Source of the DNA: Oligoflexales bacterium
Lineage (GTDB): Bacteria > Bdellovibrionota_B > Oligoflexia > Oligoflexales > Bog-1112
Direction: 5' to 3'
Assembly (NCBI GenBank): GCA_045106415.1
Contig: JBGCEP010000004.1
Span: 38,546 to 102,545 of the forward strand
DNA length: 64,000 bases
Shown piece by piece: positions 46,985 through 56,218 of this stretch; positions within the stretch are counted from its first letter, which is position 1, and each line of letters begins with the position of its first letter. The position numbers and the translations under genes were made by a program. A model generated the notes under the pieces. The model was given only the letters and a program-made list of their open reading frames with translations, did no database searches and was not told where the DNA came from.

Positions 46985-47410
46985 TTAACCGAACTGAAGC
47001 CATCGGTCGACCCACACCGCAATCACCTTTTTTTTTCGTTCGATATGCAAGGGGTCGTGAAGTTCTTTTTGAAACTCATAGCGCGAGGCAGTAGCGAGCC
47101 TTAAGACTTGTTCTTCTGTGCGAGCTTCAAATATTTTTGTGGTTGAGGTGAAGTGTACGCTGCGTTTCCCTATAAGTTTTAACAGTCGTTTGTCGTGTTC
47201 AGGGTCCAGAGTGTGAGTGTTAGACAGCTCGGATGATGTTGCGCTGCACTTGAGAGTGACGCTTGCGGTCCAAGACGTTTTCCCTTCGGCTGTGTGAGGA
47301 GTTGTTTCGATTTTTGCGATCCAAATGAGTCCTTCTCGATCTTTAAGTTCAAATTTTCGATAGTCATTTCGAGAAGAGCTGCGATAGGATTGAGGAGTTT
47401 GAAGTTCCAT
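46985..47410 (-). CDS. hypothetical protein
   Basis: 141 aa ORF upstream of the STAS-like gene on the same strand. No motif recognised. Confidence 0.45.
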   Translation of the reverse strand: MELQTPQSYRSSSRNDYRKFELKDREGLIWIAKIETTPHTAEGKTSWTASVTLKCSATSSELSNTHTLDPEHDKRLLKLIGKRSVHFTSTTKIFEARTEEQVLRLATASRYEFQKELHDPLHIERKKKVIAVWVDRWLQFG

Positions 47411-47438
47411 AGTTGATCCTAAAATGAGCGTGATGCAG

Positions 47439-48095
47439 ATGAAGAAAATTTTAGCATATTTTGTAAGTTGTCTTGTTTTGAATGCTTGTGCATATAGGTT
47501 TTCGAATTTGCATATGCGACCTCCTGTGATTGGTATGAAAAGTATTGGTATTGAAGCCGTTTTTGATAGCGGTCAGGTTGTCGTGCCTCACGAGCATTTA
47601 TGGAGTGGGTTACAAGAGGCTTTCGCTTCAAATGGTATTTTGCGCGTGACATCTATTGATACTGCAGATGCTTATTTGAAGGTTCATTTGAAAGATACCT
47701 TCATCGTTCCGGGTGAGCCTCAACAGTTAGGTGAGGAAGAAGACCCTAAGTTTCCAAATCATGAAATTGTTGAACGAGGTGCGAATCAAGTTCCAACAGG
47801 CCGCCTACTATATGAACCTAGAGTCCCTTCTGAGTACTCTAGGCTTTCTCGGGCATTGTACTACTCAGACCACGAACAAATAGGTTTTGTGATTGATGTT
47901 GAGCTTTGGGATACGAGGACAGCGTCCAAAGTCTTAAGTAAAAGCTACCCTGTGTCAGGGCGTTATCCTGTTTTGGATACCACAACAGTGGTTGAAGATC
48001 GCTCTTTGCGTGCTTTGGAGAGCCGAGAGTTTCAAATACAGAACATGCTGAAGCCAGTTGTTCTTCATATTGTGCAAGATGTTTTACGCGGCTAA
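47439..48095 (+). CDS. lipoprotein, possibly LptE-like
   Basis: MKKILAYFVSCLVLNAC lipobox followed by AYRFSN...IGIEAVFDSGQVV...LQEAFASNGILRVTS...ADAYLKVHLKD. This resembles the LptE pattern (C-GYhf..., ...AD..L.g.i). Convergent with lptD, with a 13-bp gap. Confidence 0.4.
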   Translation: MKKILAYFVSCLVLNACAYRFSNLHMRPPVIGMKSIGIEAVFDSGQVVVPHEHLWSGLQEAFASNGILRVTSIDTADAYLKVHLKDTFIVPGEPQQLGEEEDPKFPNHEIVERGANQVPTGRLLYEPRVPSEYSRLSRALYYSDHEQIGFVIDVELWDTRTASKVLSKSYPVSGRYPVLDTTTVVEDRSLRALESREFQIQNMLKPVVLHIVQDVLRG

Positions 48096-48108
48096 AAGAA
48101 TTGTGAAC

Positions 48109-51100
48109 TTAGCCTTTATCTTGGTTTTGTGGGAGCTCTCTTGTAAGTGCTGTGGCCATATTTCCAAATGAGCGTGTTTGTGGGCCAAAATGGACGACAA
48201 GATTGAGCGTGTAGTTAGGGTGACGTTCATCTTGTTCAAATTCTTTTTGCCTTGCGAGTTGCAATCCCCAACATTGAGATGGGGAAGTGTAGCTTGCACC
48301 TAGTGCTTTTCTGTATGTTGGTTTGTCCTGACCTTCTGTGATTCTTTGGGTGTATTCAAAGCGTAGGTGAACATTGGAAATCATGTATGACTGGGTGTGG
48401 ATAGACTTTGATAATGTGCGAGCACTTTGTAGCTGATCTGTGTGCCCTGTGACTTTTCTTTCTATGACATATCCGAAATTGAAGTGGTTTTTATAAAACT
48501 CAGGTGGTGTGACGGTAATTGCCATGTGTGGAGTGATTCTGTTGTAGATATCGTATGTAAATGTAGAGTTTAAACTCCATTGCTTCCAATGAAAGTTTAA
48601 ATGGCTGTAAATAGGAGACCAAGGTTGAATGAGTTCTGAGTATGGGACTCTTTGTGCAAGAAGAGCTGTGGCAGATTCTAATGTATCAGCAGTATCAGCC
48701 TGTTGTTCAAGGTGCTTGTTGTTTGAGAGTTGAGCGGTACGGCGAATTTCTTTCAAGCGATCCCAGCTGGTCTCAGCGTCGAAATGCAAAGGTGTTTGAT
48801 GACCGACTTCTGTGCGACGGTAACGATGGCTAATCCACTGTTTTTTTGTCATAAGTTTATCGACAGAGCGAATTGGTTGGTCGAGCTGGAATAAAAGTTC
48901 TCGCTCTGCTTGTTGTAGAATTGTTTCGTGAGCCGGTGATGTCGTATTTGCTCCTGGGACTTGGCCCCACTGCTGTTTAAATATTTGCCAATCATGGTTC
49001 GTGTGAAACACGATTCTTTGGTGTGGAATCATTGCATGTTCATCAGGTATAAAACCGATAGCACGATTGGCAGCATAATCTTTTCTATCTGAAGAATAGT
49101 AGAGTAAGCGAGATGAGTTGGAGTTGTTTGCAATGGCAAATTGATTGCCATAATCTCCTGTGCGGATCGCTACAGGGCGTGCTGAGAGTTGTAACCCCCA
49201 ATTCATTGTGTGGCGGATGTGGCTATGGCCTGTTCCAGGCTTGAGCCAAGGGGCTGACCCGACCCCATCGAGTGGAAGGTTAAAGTTCCAACCAAATCTC
49301 CAACTTTGAATCATGCCAGACCCGGCAGATGAACTCTGTATGGTACGTACCTCCGCATCGGCAAATTGGTCAATTCTTACAATTTGATCACTGACAACTG
49401 GGAGGGCAAGGTTGAGAGAAGAACGTCTCCAGGCCCCGTCACCAAGAGTGCGTAGTTGACCTCTGTAGTCAGGCCAAATATTTTGGATCTTTTGAGCATC
49501 GAGACCTAGGGAAAAATAAACTGGATGAGGTAGATAGCGATCTCCAAATGAAAACAATCTTGTACGCATTTTTAAGCGGGCTGGAATTTGAAAACCATGA
49601 TAGCGATTGTGTGTTGAAGTCATATTGTCAGTGTAGTGGGAACCTAGGCCAATATAGATATCAGAATGATCAAAGTGAGATTGGATGTTTGTATTTGCAA
49701 AAGCAAAAACTTTACGACCATTTAGAGCACTGACATAGTCTGTTGGTACAAAAACATCACCGGCGTAGCGATGGTCAGAATGAATATCTCCATCACTGCT
49801 GAAAGAAAGTCGAGGTGTGATGCGAATTAAGCTTTCCCATTTCAACCTGCCTCGCCAAGAATTGAGTTCTGTTGTTAGTGGCTCTTGGATGGATTGTTCA
49901 ATACACTCTAGAGAGTCTTCTCCTTGTGTCAGGCAAGCCGAAAGGCCGTTCCGCTCCCACCATCGTGGAGAAGAAAGTCTTTGAATATTAATTTCATTTT
50001 TATTTGCTTGATAATGCACTGGGTCATCCAGTGCTGCGGTTTCTATTCGAGGATTGTTTTTAGCTGTGTCGAGAGCCATTGTGTAGGAGTTTAAAAGTTG
50101 GCTTCGTTGTGCTCTTTGTTCTAGCCATTGTTGGTCTCTTAAAGCTTCGATGTGAAGATTCCATCCAGAATGCTGACGAAGTTTTACACGGTTTTCTAGG
50201 TCGACACGCAGCCCGCGTTTTTCAATAAAAGTAGATGTGATTGTTGCGTCTGTTTGAGGTGAAAAAGCAAAAAATATAGGTAAAGAGATCATATTACCGT
50301 TGATCCCTTGGTGTGTAATTGTTGGAAGGAGGAGTCCTGATTGTCGACGATCTTTAAGAGGGATCATCAGCCAAGGGAGGTAAAGGATTGGGATTCCTTT
50401 TATATGTAGAATAGGGTTTTGCATGAAAGCATACCCACCAGGTCGTGCAGAAATATGTGAAGAAGAAAACCCCCAAGCAGGAGACTCGTCCCTTGAGCAA
50501 CGACAAGGGGACCAAGAGGCTTGAGTTGCATCAATTTGACTATAGTCCGATCGTACGATTTGATCACCTTTGAGGCGAAAATAGGTTCCTTGAGAGAATT
50601 CCTTTGCGCCCATAGGGTCAATTGCATTTTCTATGGTTTGACGTCGCCTCTTATAAAGTTCTCGTTTTTTTGTAGATACAGCCTCGAAATGTGGATTAGG
50701 TTGACGTTGAATCATTTCTTCTTGCTCAAGAAGCAGAGCGTATTGTTTGATGAATGTTTTTGTCAGAGGTGTGTTTATGTGGTTTGCGTATGCTGTACGA
50801 AGATTTTCTTTACGTTGAGCCATATTTTGTAATTGCTGCTGTTTTGCAAGTTCAAAATCGAGTTCTTTTTGTGTTATTCCTAAAAGCTCATCTCTAATTT
50901 GAGAGGTTTGTTGCTCATCTCCCGCAATGAGTTCTGCTTTTGTGAGTGTGAAATCATCGCTGTCTAACTTGTGTTCTAGTGTTTCACCAAAAAATGCTTG
51001 AGATTTTCCGACAACTAAAACATGCCCAGTTGCGATGAAAACTTGGCGCACACGGTCGACTTCGATGCTCTCAGCTCGAATCATTGTCCCGGATCTCATA

Positions 51101-51279
51101 GCAACAACATGGCCTTCAAATTTTTGCCGAAGTCCATCTTTATTGATAGAGGTCTGATCTGCATCAAAAAAAATCTTAGGTTCCGCTCTGAGTGAGCTAT
51201 AGAAGCAGACAAAGGTCAAAAAAAAGGCATACGCAGCCAGGTGTATTGAGCTTTGTGGGTTGTTGATTTTGCTAGTCAC
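48109..51279 (-). CDS. lptD: LPS-assembly outer membrane protein LptD (OstA family)
   Basis: Signal peptide, OstA_N-like N-terminus (FDADQTSINKDGLRQKFEGHVVAMRSGTMIRAESIEVDRVRQVFIATGHVLVV), and a ~900 aa beta-rich C-terminal region. Confidence 0.65.
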   Translation of the reverse strand: MTSKINNPQSSIHLAAYAFFLTFVCFYSSLRAEPKIFFDADQTSINKDGLRQKFEGHVVAMRSGTMIRAESIEVDRVRQVFIATGHVLVVGKSQAFFGETLEHKLDSDDFTLTKAELIAGDEQQTSQIRDELLGITQKELDFELAKQQQLQNMAQRKENLRTAYANHINTPLTKTFIKQYALLLEQEEMIQRQPNPHFEAVSTKKRELYKRRRQTIENAIDPMGAKEFSQGTYFRLKGDQIVRSDYSQIDATQASWSPCRCSRDESPAWGFSSSHISARPGGYAFMQNPILHIKGIPILYLPWLMIPLKDRRQSGLLLPTITHQGINGNMISLPIFFAFSPQTDATITSTFIEKRGLRVDLENRVKLRQHSGWNLHIEALRDQQWLEQRAQRSQLLNSYTMALDTAKNNPRIETAALDDPVHYQANKNEINIQRLSSPRWWERNGLSACLTQGEDSLECIEQSIQEPLTTELNSWRGRLKWESLIRITPRLSFSSDGDIHSDHRYAGDVFVPTDYVSALNGRKVFAFANTNIQSHFDHSDIYIGLGSHYTDNMTSTHNRYHGFQIPARLKMRTRLFSFGDRYLPHPVYFSLGLDAQKIQNIWPDYRGQLRTLGDGAWRRSSLNLALPVVSDQIVRIDQFADAEVRTIQSSSAGSGMIQSWRFGWNFNLPLDGVGSAPWLKPGTGHSHIRHTMNWGLQLSARPVAIRTGDYGNQFAIANNSNSSRLLYYSSDRKDYAANRAIGFIPDEHAMIPHQRIVFHTNHDWQIFKQQWGQVPGANTTSPAHETILQQAERELLFQLDQPIRSVDKLMTKKQWISHRYRRTEVGHQTPLHFDAETSWDRLKEIRRTAQLSNNKHLEQQADTADTLESATALLAQRVPYSELIQPWSPIYSHLNFHWKQWSLNSTFTYDIYNRITPHMAITVTPPEFYKNHFNFGYVIERKVTGHTDQLQSARTLSKSIHTQSYMISNVHLRFEYTQRITEGQDKPTYRKALGASYTSPSQCWGLQLARQKEFEQDERHPNYTLNLVVHFGPQTRSFGNMATALTRELPQNQDKG

Positions 51280-51551
51280 ATCGCCTCACAAAAAACTACT
51301 GTATGAAGTTTTACAAAACCAAATTACATCGTCCATCCTTAACATCCATGGTCCAATAGATCAATTTTAAACTGTGGAAGTCTCAGTGTTTATAGGTGGT
51401 TGTTGAATTCTTTTGGGGGTGAAGACTGAGGTCATGAAATTTGATTAATTTTGATGTAATGTTCTTTTCTTTTCTTTACTTTTCAAGAGAAACTCTGATT
51501 CACCGTGTGAGTGAGTTGTGAATTTTAAAATATTCATCTTAGGTATAAAAT

Positions 51552-52799
51552 ATGAAGAATTTATTTTTAATTTTTTTGATGTGTTCTTATACCCTGGAAG
51601 GGTCACCAACAAAGCGTAAAGCTTCTTCAGAGCCTTTATGGACTTCGCATGTAGCACTTGAGGTGTTGAGTCATTTTGTCATCCCAAGTCTGGCTGAAGT
51701 TAAAGTTGAGGATCGTTGGTGTCGGCAAACCCTAGAAAATGGAGACTGTATTTGGAAACCTTTGTGGATAGGAACTTCTGAAGATTTAAAATCAATACAT
51801 GCTTTACGGCAAAGCTGTCGCGCTATAAAAGAACGAGTTGATTTTTACGGACGTTCTGAGCATTGCTCTCCTGCCTCACTGGTGCTTCAATCATCGGATT
51901 TTGATGCGGTAGCACGGAGTTTCTTGTCGTCTAAAAAGTCATCCCCATCGGGTGTTGTTGACTGTGAAATGTCTCAACAAAGTAACATTTTTCATTCTGA
52001 TTATGTGGGGTTTTTGCGCTTTGAAGGTCTTTATAATGATGTTTCTTTTGAACAAACTTTATTGAGTTTACATCCTTTTCATGTGTTGAATTTTTTAGAT
52101 AAATATAAAAATGATCTCAGAAGAATGTCTGAAGATGATTTTCGTGGATTGCTTGAAAGAGTTTTTATGGCAATGGAAAACCGCCTGCATGAAGGTCCAG
52201 GAGGCTTTGCTTCCTATGCAACAAAGCCGTTTTTTCAAGCTGTCATGTGGTCCACGGCGCATTCTTTACTGAAAAATTTTTATGCCCATTCACCTGTCGG
52301 TAATCATGCTCAGGGTTTGTGTTTATTTGCAGATGAAAACCTTGTCTCTTGTAGCGCTAAAAGTTATTTGGGTTTAACCCCTTATGGGCAGCCGGGTTTA
52401 GTGAAATTTCATAGTTTATTGAAAAAATTTTGGTCGTTATTTGCGCAAGTTCCCACAGGTCGTCTTAATCAGCTATCGATTCACCAGCATGTGGCTGTAG
52501 ACCCATCTATAGAAGTTGACCCTAGAGCTGTAGAGCAGTACTTGATTCAACCTCATGAAATAGAGGTTCTCTTGAGATTTGCTGCACAAAGGCAAGCAGG
52601 AATGTTTCCTATTTACCTTTATCAGACATGGCTGGGGATTTATCGTATGAGCGGCGAAGATACTCTGATGAACTCATCGTTATTTGAAGAAGAGACAAGA
52701 CTACCTATTTTAGCTGTTTTACTTCAGGTCTGGAAAATTGTACGTGATCATCCAGAAATGCAAGTAGAACTCAAGCAGCATATGCAGGTTGAGGGATGA
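51552..52799 (+). CDS. hypothetical protein
   Basis: 415 aa ORF with a hydrophobic N-terminus MKNLFLIFLMCSYTL. No enzyme motif. See the finding on an F-box-like stretch. Confidence 0.5.
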   Translation: MKNLFLIFLMCSYTLEGSPTKRKASSEPLWTSHVALEVLSHFVIPSLAEVKVEDRWCRQTLENGDCIWKPLWIGTSEDLKSIHALRQSCRAIKERVDFYGRSEHCSPASLVLQSSDFDAVARSFLSSKKSSPSGVVDCEMSQQSNIFHSDYVGFLRFEGLYNDVSFEQTLLSLHPFHVLNFLDKYKNDLRRMSEDDFRGLLERVFMAMENRLHEGPGGFASYATKPFFQAVMWSTAHSLLKNFYAHSPVGNHAQGLCLFADENLVSCSAKSYLGLTPYGQPGLVKFHSLLKKFWSLFAQVPTGRLNQLSIHQHVAVDPSIEVDPRAVEQYLIQPHEIEVLLRFAAQRQAGMFPIYLYQTWLGIYRMSGEDTLMNSSLFEEETRLPILAVLLQVWKIVRDHPEMQVELKQHMQVEG

Positions 52800-53082
52800 T
52801 TTAAAGTATGTTTGTGTGAGGTTTTTTTCGTTGAAAATAAAAAAGAGAAAAGTAATAACAGCTTTATATCAAGCCATACTTTTGAAAAGAGTGATAGAGG
52901 CCATAGAAAAAAAGATGATTTGATAGGTGAGGCAATTTTTTTTAGTGAATCACTTTTAATGGAATTCATTTGATTTAAAGAGTTGAAAACTATATCTCAT
53001 TTGTACCATTTTGTATGGTCATGAAAATGAGAAAGTGTGATTTTTAATATGGTGATTCGTGAGTTTTTATTTAGAGGTAGAG

Positions 53083-53673
53083 ATGTTGGAAAATAGTGCT
53101 GATTTTTGCTCAGCTTGGGAAGCTGGTCAGATTTGTTTACACCCGACGGATACTTTACCAGGTTTGAGTGTTGATCTTAAAAATATGGACGCCGTCGCAC
53201 GTTTTTCAAAATGGAAGGGGCGTGCGATAGATAAGCCCTGGGTTCACTTAGCAGCGAATGAACAACAAGCGTTTGCATCTTGGGAGCCGCTACCAGGAGG
53301 GTGGGAAGATTATTTGCAAATTTTGTGGCCTGCCTCGTTGAGTGTTGTGTGGCACGAGAGGATGACAGGAAAAACAGTTTGTTTCCGCGTACCGAAACAT
53401 GTTCCTGGATGGTTACAATCTTCAATTCTTCAAACAGGCCCGTTGCCGACAACAAGTTTTAATTATGCAGGTGAAGACCCTGTGTGTGGCTGGAATACAG
53501 CAGCTGAAAAAGCAAAAAGCTTTGGCTTTTACACGCCATTGGGTCATTACAACCATCAACAAAAACCATCAACGGTGATTCAAATTGTCTCTGCTGATCA
53601 ATACAAAGTTTTACGAGCAGGTTGTGTTTCTGTAGAGAGCATTGAAGCTGTCGTAGGGAAAAAAGGCTTATGA
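53083..53673 (+). CDS. tsaC: L-threonylcarbamoyladenylate synthase (YrdC/TsaC family)
   Basis: GQICLHPTDTLPGLSVDLKNMDAVARFSKWKGRAIDKPWVHL matches the YrdC motif (PTDTvyGL...KgR...KP). Start preferred at MLENSADF. Confidence 0.7.
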   Translation: MLENSADFCSAWEAGQICLHPTDTLPGLSVDLKNMDAVARFSKWKGRAIDKPWVHLAANEQQAFASWEPLPGGWEDYLQILWPASLSVVWHERMTGKTVCFRVPKHVPGWLQSSILQTGPLPTTSFNYAGEDPVCGWNTAAEKAKSFGFYTPLGHYNHQQKPSTVIQIVSADQYKVLRAGCVSVESIEAVVGKKGL

Positions 53674-54236
53674 TGAAAAAAAATTGGATTTTAGCGAGTA
53701 CGTCTCCACGAAGAAAAGAGCTTCTTTTAACAATATGTGAAAGTTTTAAAATATGTTCACCTGATTTTGAAGAAAAGTGGCGTGGAGAAGAGCCTAAGGA
53801 TTATGTTCTTGGAAACGCTGTGGGAAAAGGGCGATCCATTGATATACAAGAAAATGATGTTCTTGTGAGTGCTGATACTATTGTCGTTCTTGATCAAAAG
53901 ATTTTAGAGAAACCTAAAACCCCACAGCATGCGATTGAAATGTTGAAAGAACTTTCTGGAAAAACACATAATGTGATGACAGGTTTTTTTGTGAGAACTC
54001 AATCCTCAGAGTATTCACAAGTTGTTGTCACAGAGGTTGAATTTCGGGAGATTTCTCAAAAAGAGATTGAAGTGTACGTTGCTACGGGTGAACCTATGGA
54101 TAAAGCTGGTTCTTACGGAATTCAAGGGAGAGCAAGTTCCATGGTGGCTCAAATTCGTGGCTCATACACCAATGTTATGGGTTTGCCTCTAGCTGAACTG
54201 ATTAAAGTGACTGATTTAGGACTGGGCTTGAGCTGA
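53670..54236 (+). CDS. maf: Maf-like nucleoside triphosphate pyrophosphatase
   Basis: ILASTSPRRKELL, SADTIVVLDQKILEKP, DKAGSYGIQG. ATGA overlap with tsaC. Confidence 0.9.
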   Translation: MMKKNWILASTSPRRKELLLTICESFKICSPDFEEKWRGEEPKDYVLGNAVGKGRSIDIQENDVLVSADTIVVLDQKILEKPKTPQHAIEMLKELSGKTHNVMTGFFVRTQSSEYSQVVVTEVEFREISQKEIEVYVATGEPMDKAGSYGIQGRASSMVAQIRGSYTNVMGLPLAELIKVTDLGLGLS

Positions 54237-54387
54237 GAGCTATGAATAGTTGATTTTCAGCGTTGTTTTTTCTTCAAGTTTGAAACTTATTAATCGCGTG
54301 GGTTCTAGAAAGAGATTAGATGCTCTTTTAACTCTTTTAAATAATAAGATTTTCTGTGTAAAATAGGTTCTCTTTTAAGAAAATATA

Positions 54388-54414
54388 TCAATTTTGCAAA
54401 AAGGATGCCGATGA
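54388..54414 (+). promoter_or_regulatory. sigma-28 (FliA)-type promoter candidate
   Basis: TCAATTTT-N11-GCCGATGA compared with the enteric consensus TAAAGTTT-N11-GCCGATAA: 6/8 and 7/8 matches with the exact 11-nt spacer. It ends 23 nt before ATG 54437, with GGAGG at 54426-54430. Confidence 0.45.
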
Positions 54415-54436
54415 AACTCTTACGTGGAGGTGTAGC

Positions 54437-55225
54437 ATGATGTTTCGTTGGGTAGCTGTCCTTTTTTATACAACCATCATCCCTTTCAGCGCCTGGTTAG
54501 GTGCCGAAGGTAAAGGTGAGGGCCAAAGCGATGGAGTTGCTCATCCTGAGTTGTGTAAAAAGTATGAAGGCCACTATGTGGCTTATTACAGCGAAGTTTT
54601 TCATGTTCAAGATTGTGCGAGAGTTCTACTCACGCAGGTTCAGCTAGAAAATGTTCTCAGAGATAAACAAAAAGTTGAAGATGTAAGTGGAGAAGTGATC
54701 CGAGCTTTGCCGTTGCGTGATGTGGTTGTGCAAGCAGCTGGGCCTGTACGGGAATGTAAGGTTTTTGAAAAAAGATTTGTGACGGGTCATTTTGTGCATG
54801 TTTATTACGTGGAAAAATGTCAAAAAAGAGTTTTTCCAGACTGGGATAGTTGGGCTGAGTATCAAAAACATCATCCTGAACTGTCCTCTGTGATACTGCA
54901 ACTCTCAGATGCAGAGTTGGATCAAATACCTAATGGAGCTCAGTTTCCATCAGTATTTGATAGTATTCAAATGGTGGGGGAAGAGGAAGTTCCAGATCTC
55001 TTGCCTCTCGATGAGGCTTGTCAAGGACTTGATGGTGCGGTGGTCTCTTATTATCAGCATGTTTATCGTATTGAGAACTGCCGTAAACGGCAGATATCAG
55101 CTGACTCACTGTTGGCGAGCCAGCTGAAAAAGCCTTATGAACTCTCAGCTCAGCAGTGGATGTCTCTTCCAAATGGTAAAGATATTCTTAGTTCGAAAGA
55201 ATCTCTTGAACTCGACGGGCCATAA
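54437..55225 (+). CDS. hypothetical periplasmic protein with three C-x20/21-C repeat modules
   Basis: Signal peptide MMFRWVAVLFYTTIIPFSAWLGA. Repeats: CKKYEGHYVAYYSEVFHVQDC (aa 40-60), CKVFEKRFVTGHFVHVYYVEKC (107-128), CQGLDGAVVSYYQHVYRIENC (195-215). Confidence 0.6.
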   Translation: MMFRWVAVLFYTTIIPFSAWLGAEGKGEGQSDGVAHPELCKKYEGHYVAYYSEVFHVQDCARVLLTQVQLENVLRDKQKVEDVSGEVIRALPLRDVVVQAAGPVRECKVFEKRFVTGHFVHVYYVEKCQKRVFPDWDSWAEYQKHHPELSSVILQLSDAELDQIPNGAQFPSVFDSIQMVGEEEVPDLLPLDEACQGLDGAVVSYYQHVYRIENCRKRQISADSLLASQLKKPYELSAQQWMSLPNGKDILSSKESLELDGP

Positions 55226-56075
55226 ATCCTCTTGAAACCCAAAAAATTTCGGCAAGTTGAGTGATGATGTCTTTTGTTGGGTCTGTGTTTTTAATTTCTT
55301 TGCGGATCATATGTGCTGGGGCAAGAAGGGCTGCTGCAAAAAGGTTGGCTTCAACGCTATTTAAGTGTTTTGCAAAGTCACTCAGTGAAGCTCGTTCTTC
55401 ACTCTGATCAGGTAGGAATGCTTTCGCCATTTCGACTGCGATTTGGTAGCGAGTAAAAGGGCGAACCTCAGCACCTTTGCGGACAACAATATTGAGTTGC
55501 TCACCGTTTTTTTCGCTAGTGACATTTTGTTCGGCTTCTTCGGGCCCCGGTTGAATACGGATACGTTGATGAGCCGTGACCACCTCTGGAAGATAAAGAG
55601 GAGCCTCTTCGAAAAGAATTTTTTTATGAATATCATCTACGATTGCTAATATTTTAGTTTTATTTGGGTAGAAAGCTTCACGGAAGGCGTGTTCTTGATT
55701 TTCATTCCATTGAGATGCATGGTTGCGGTAGTAGTCTTTCCGCGCTTTTTCCTGGAGCTTGGGGTCGACTTGATAAGCGCCGTAACCGGCGTATTCATGA
55801 AAAGCTTCGTTCTCGCTAATTTCACCAGTGGCAACATCGACGATTAATCGTTCATCAATCCCAAGGTGGTTTGCAATAGATTTGACCGCGTGCACGGAGC
55901 GAACGTTTTTGCGACCTTTTTTCCAATGACTACAATCTGCTGGGTCAAAACCTAAAATTTGACCGACATCTTGATCGATAACGCGGACACCACCATGCTT
56001 ATCGTCAAGAATTCGGCGGCAGAACCGAAAAAGATTAGCAGAGTAAGGGTATTTGCTTTCAATGTTTTGCTTCAC
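55188..56075 (-). CDS. HTH protein with ImmA/IrrE (M78)-like C-terminal domain lacking the HEXXH motif
   Basis: N-terminal HTH-like region DVGQILGFDPADCSHWKKGRKNV. C-terminal region FTRYQIAVEMAKAFLP...SVEANLFAAALLAPAHMI...LAEIFWVS parallels the ImmA pattern (rftlaHElgHlll...E.eAN.FAa.lLmP...la..f.vS), but with A and K in the His positions. Confidence 0.5.
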   Translation of the reverse strand: MKQNIESKYPYSANLFRFCRRILDDKHGGVRVIDQDVGQILGFDPADCSHWKKGRKNVRSVHAVKSIANHLGIDERLIVDVATGEISENEAFHEYAGYGAYQVDPKLQEKARKDYYRNHASQWNENQEHAFREAFYPNKTKILAIVDDIHKKILFEEAPLYLPEVVTAHQRIRIQPGPEEAEQNVTSEKNGEQLNIVVRKGAEVRPFTRYQIAVEMAKAFLPDQSEERASLSDFAKHLNSVEANLFAAALLAPAHMIRKEIKNTDPTKDIITQLAEIFWVSRGFMARRVQEILSN

Positions 56076-56218
56076 CGTTGTCTCCTAGCGGTATTCCTGA
56101 CTTCTAGATCAGTATGCCAGAGATTCTACAGGAAAAAAGGCCTGGTTGACTAGCATGATGGTGGTATTTCTGCCGATCCAAGTTTGATGAGATTCTTATA
56201 GAATGAAGATGAGACGTC

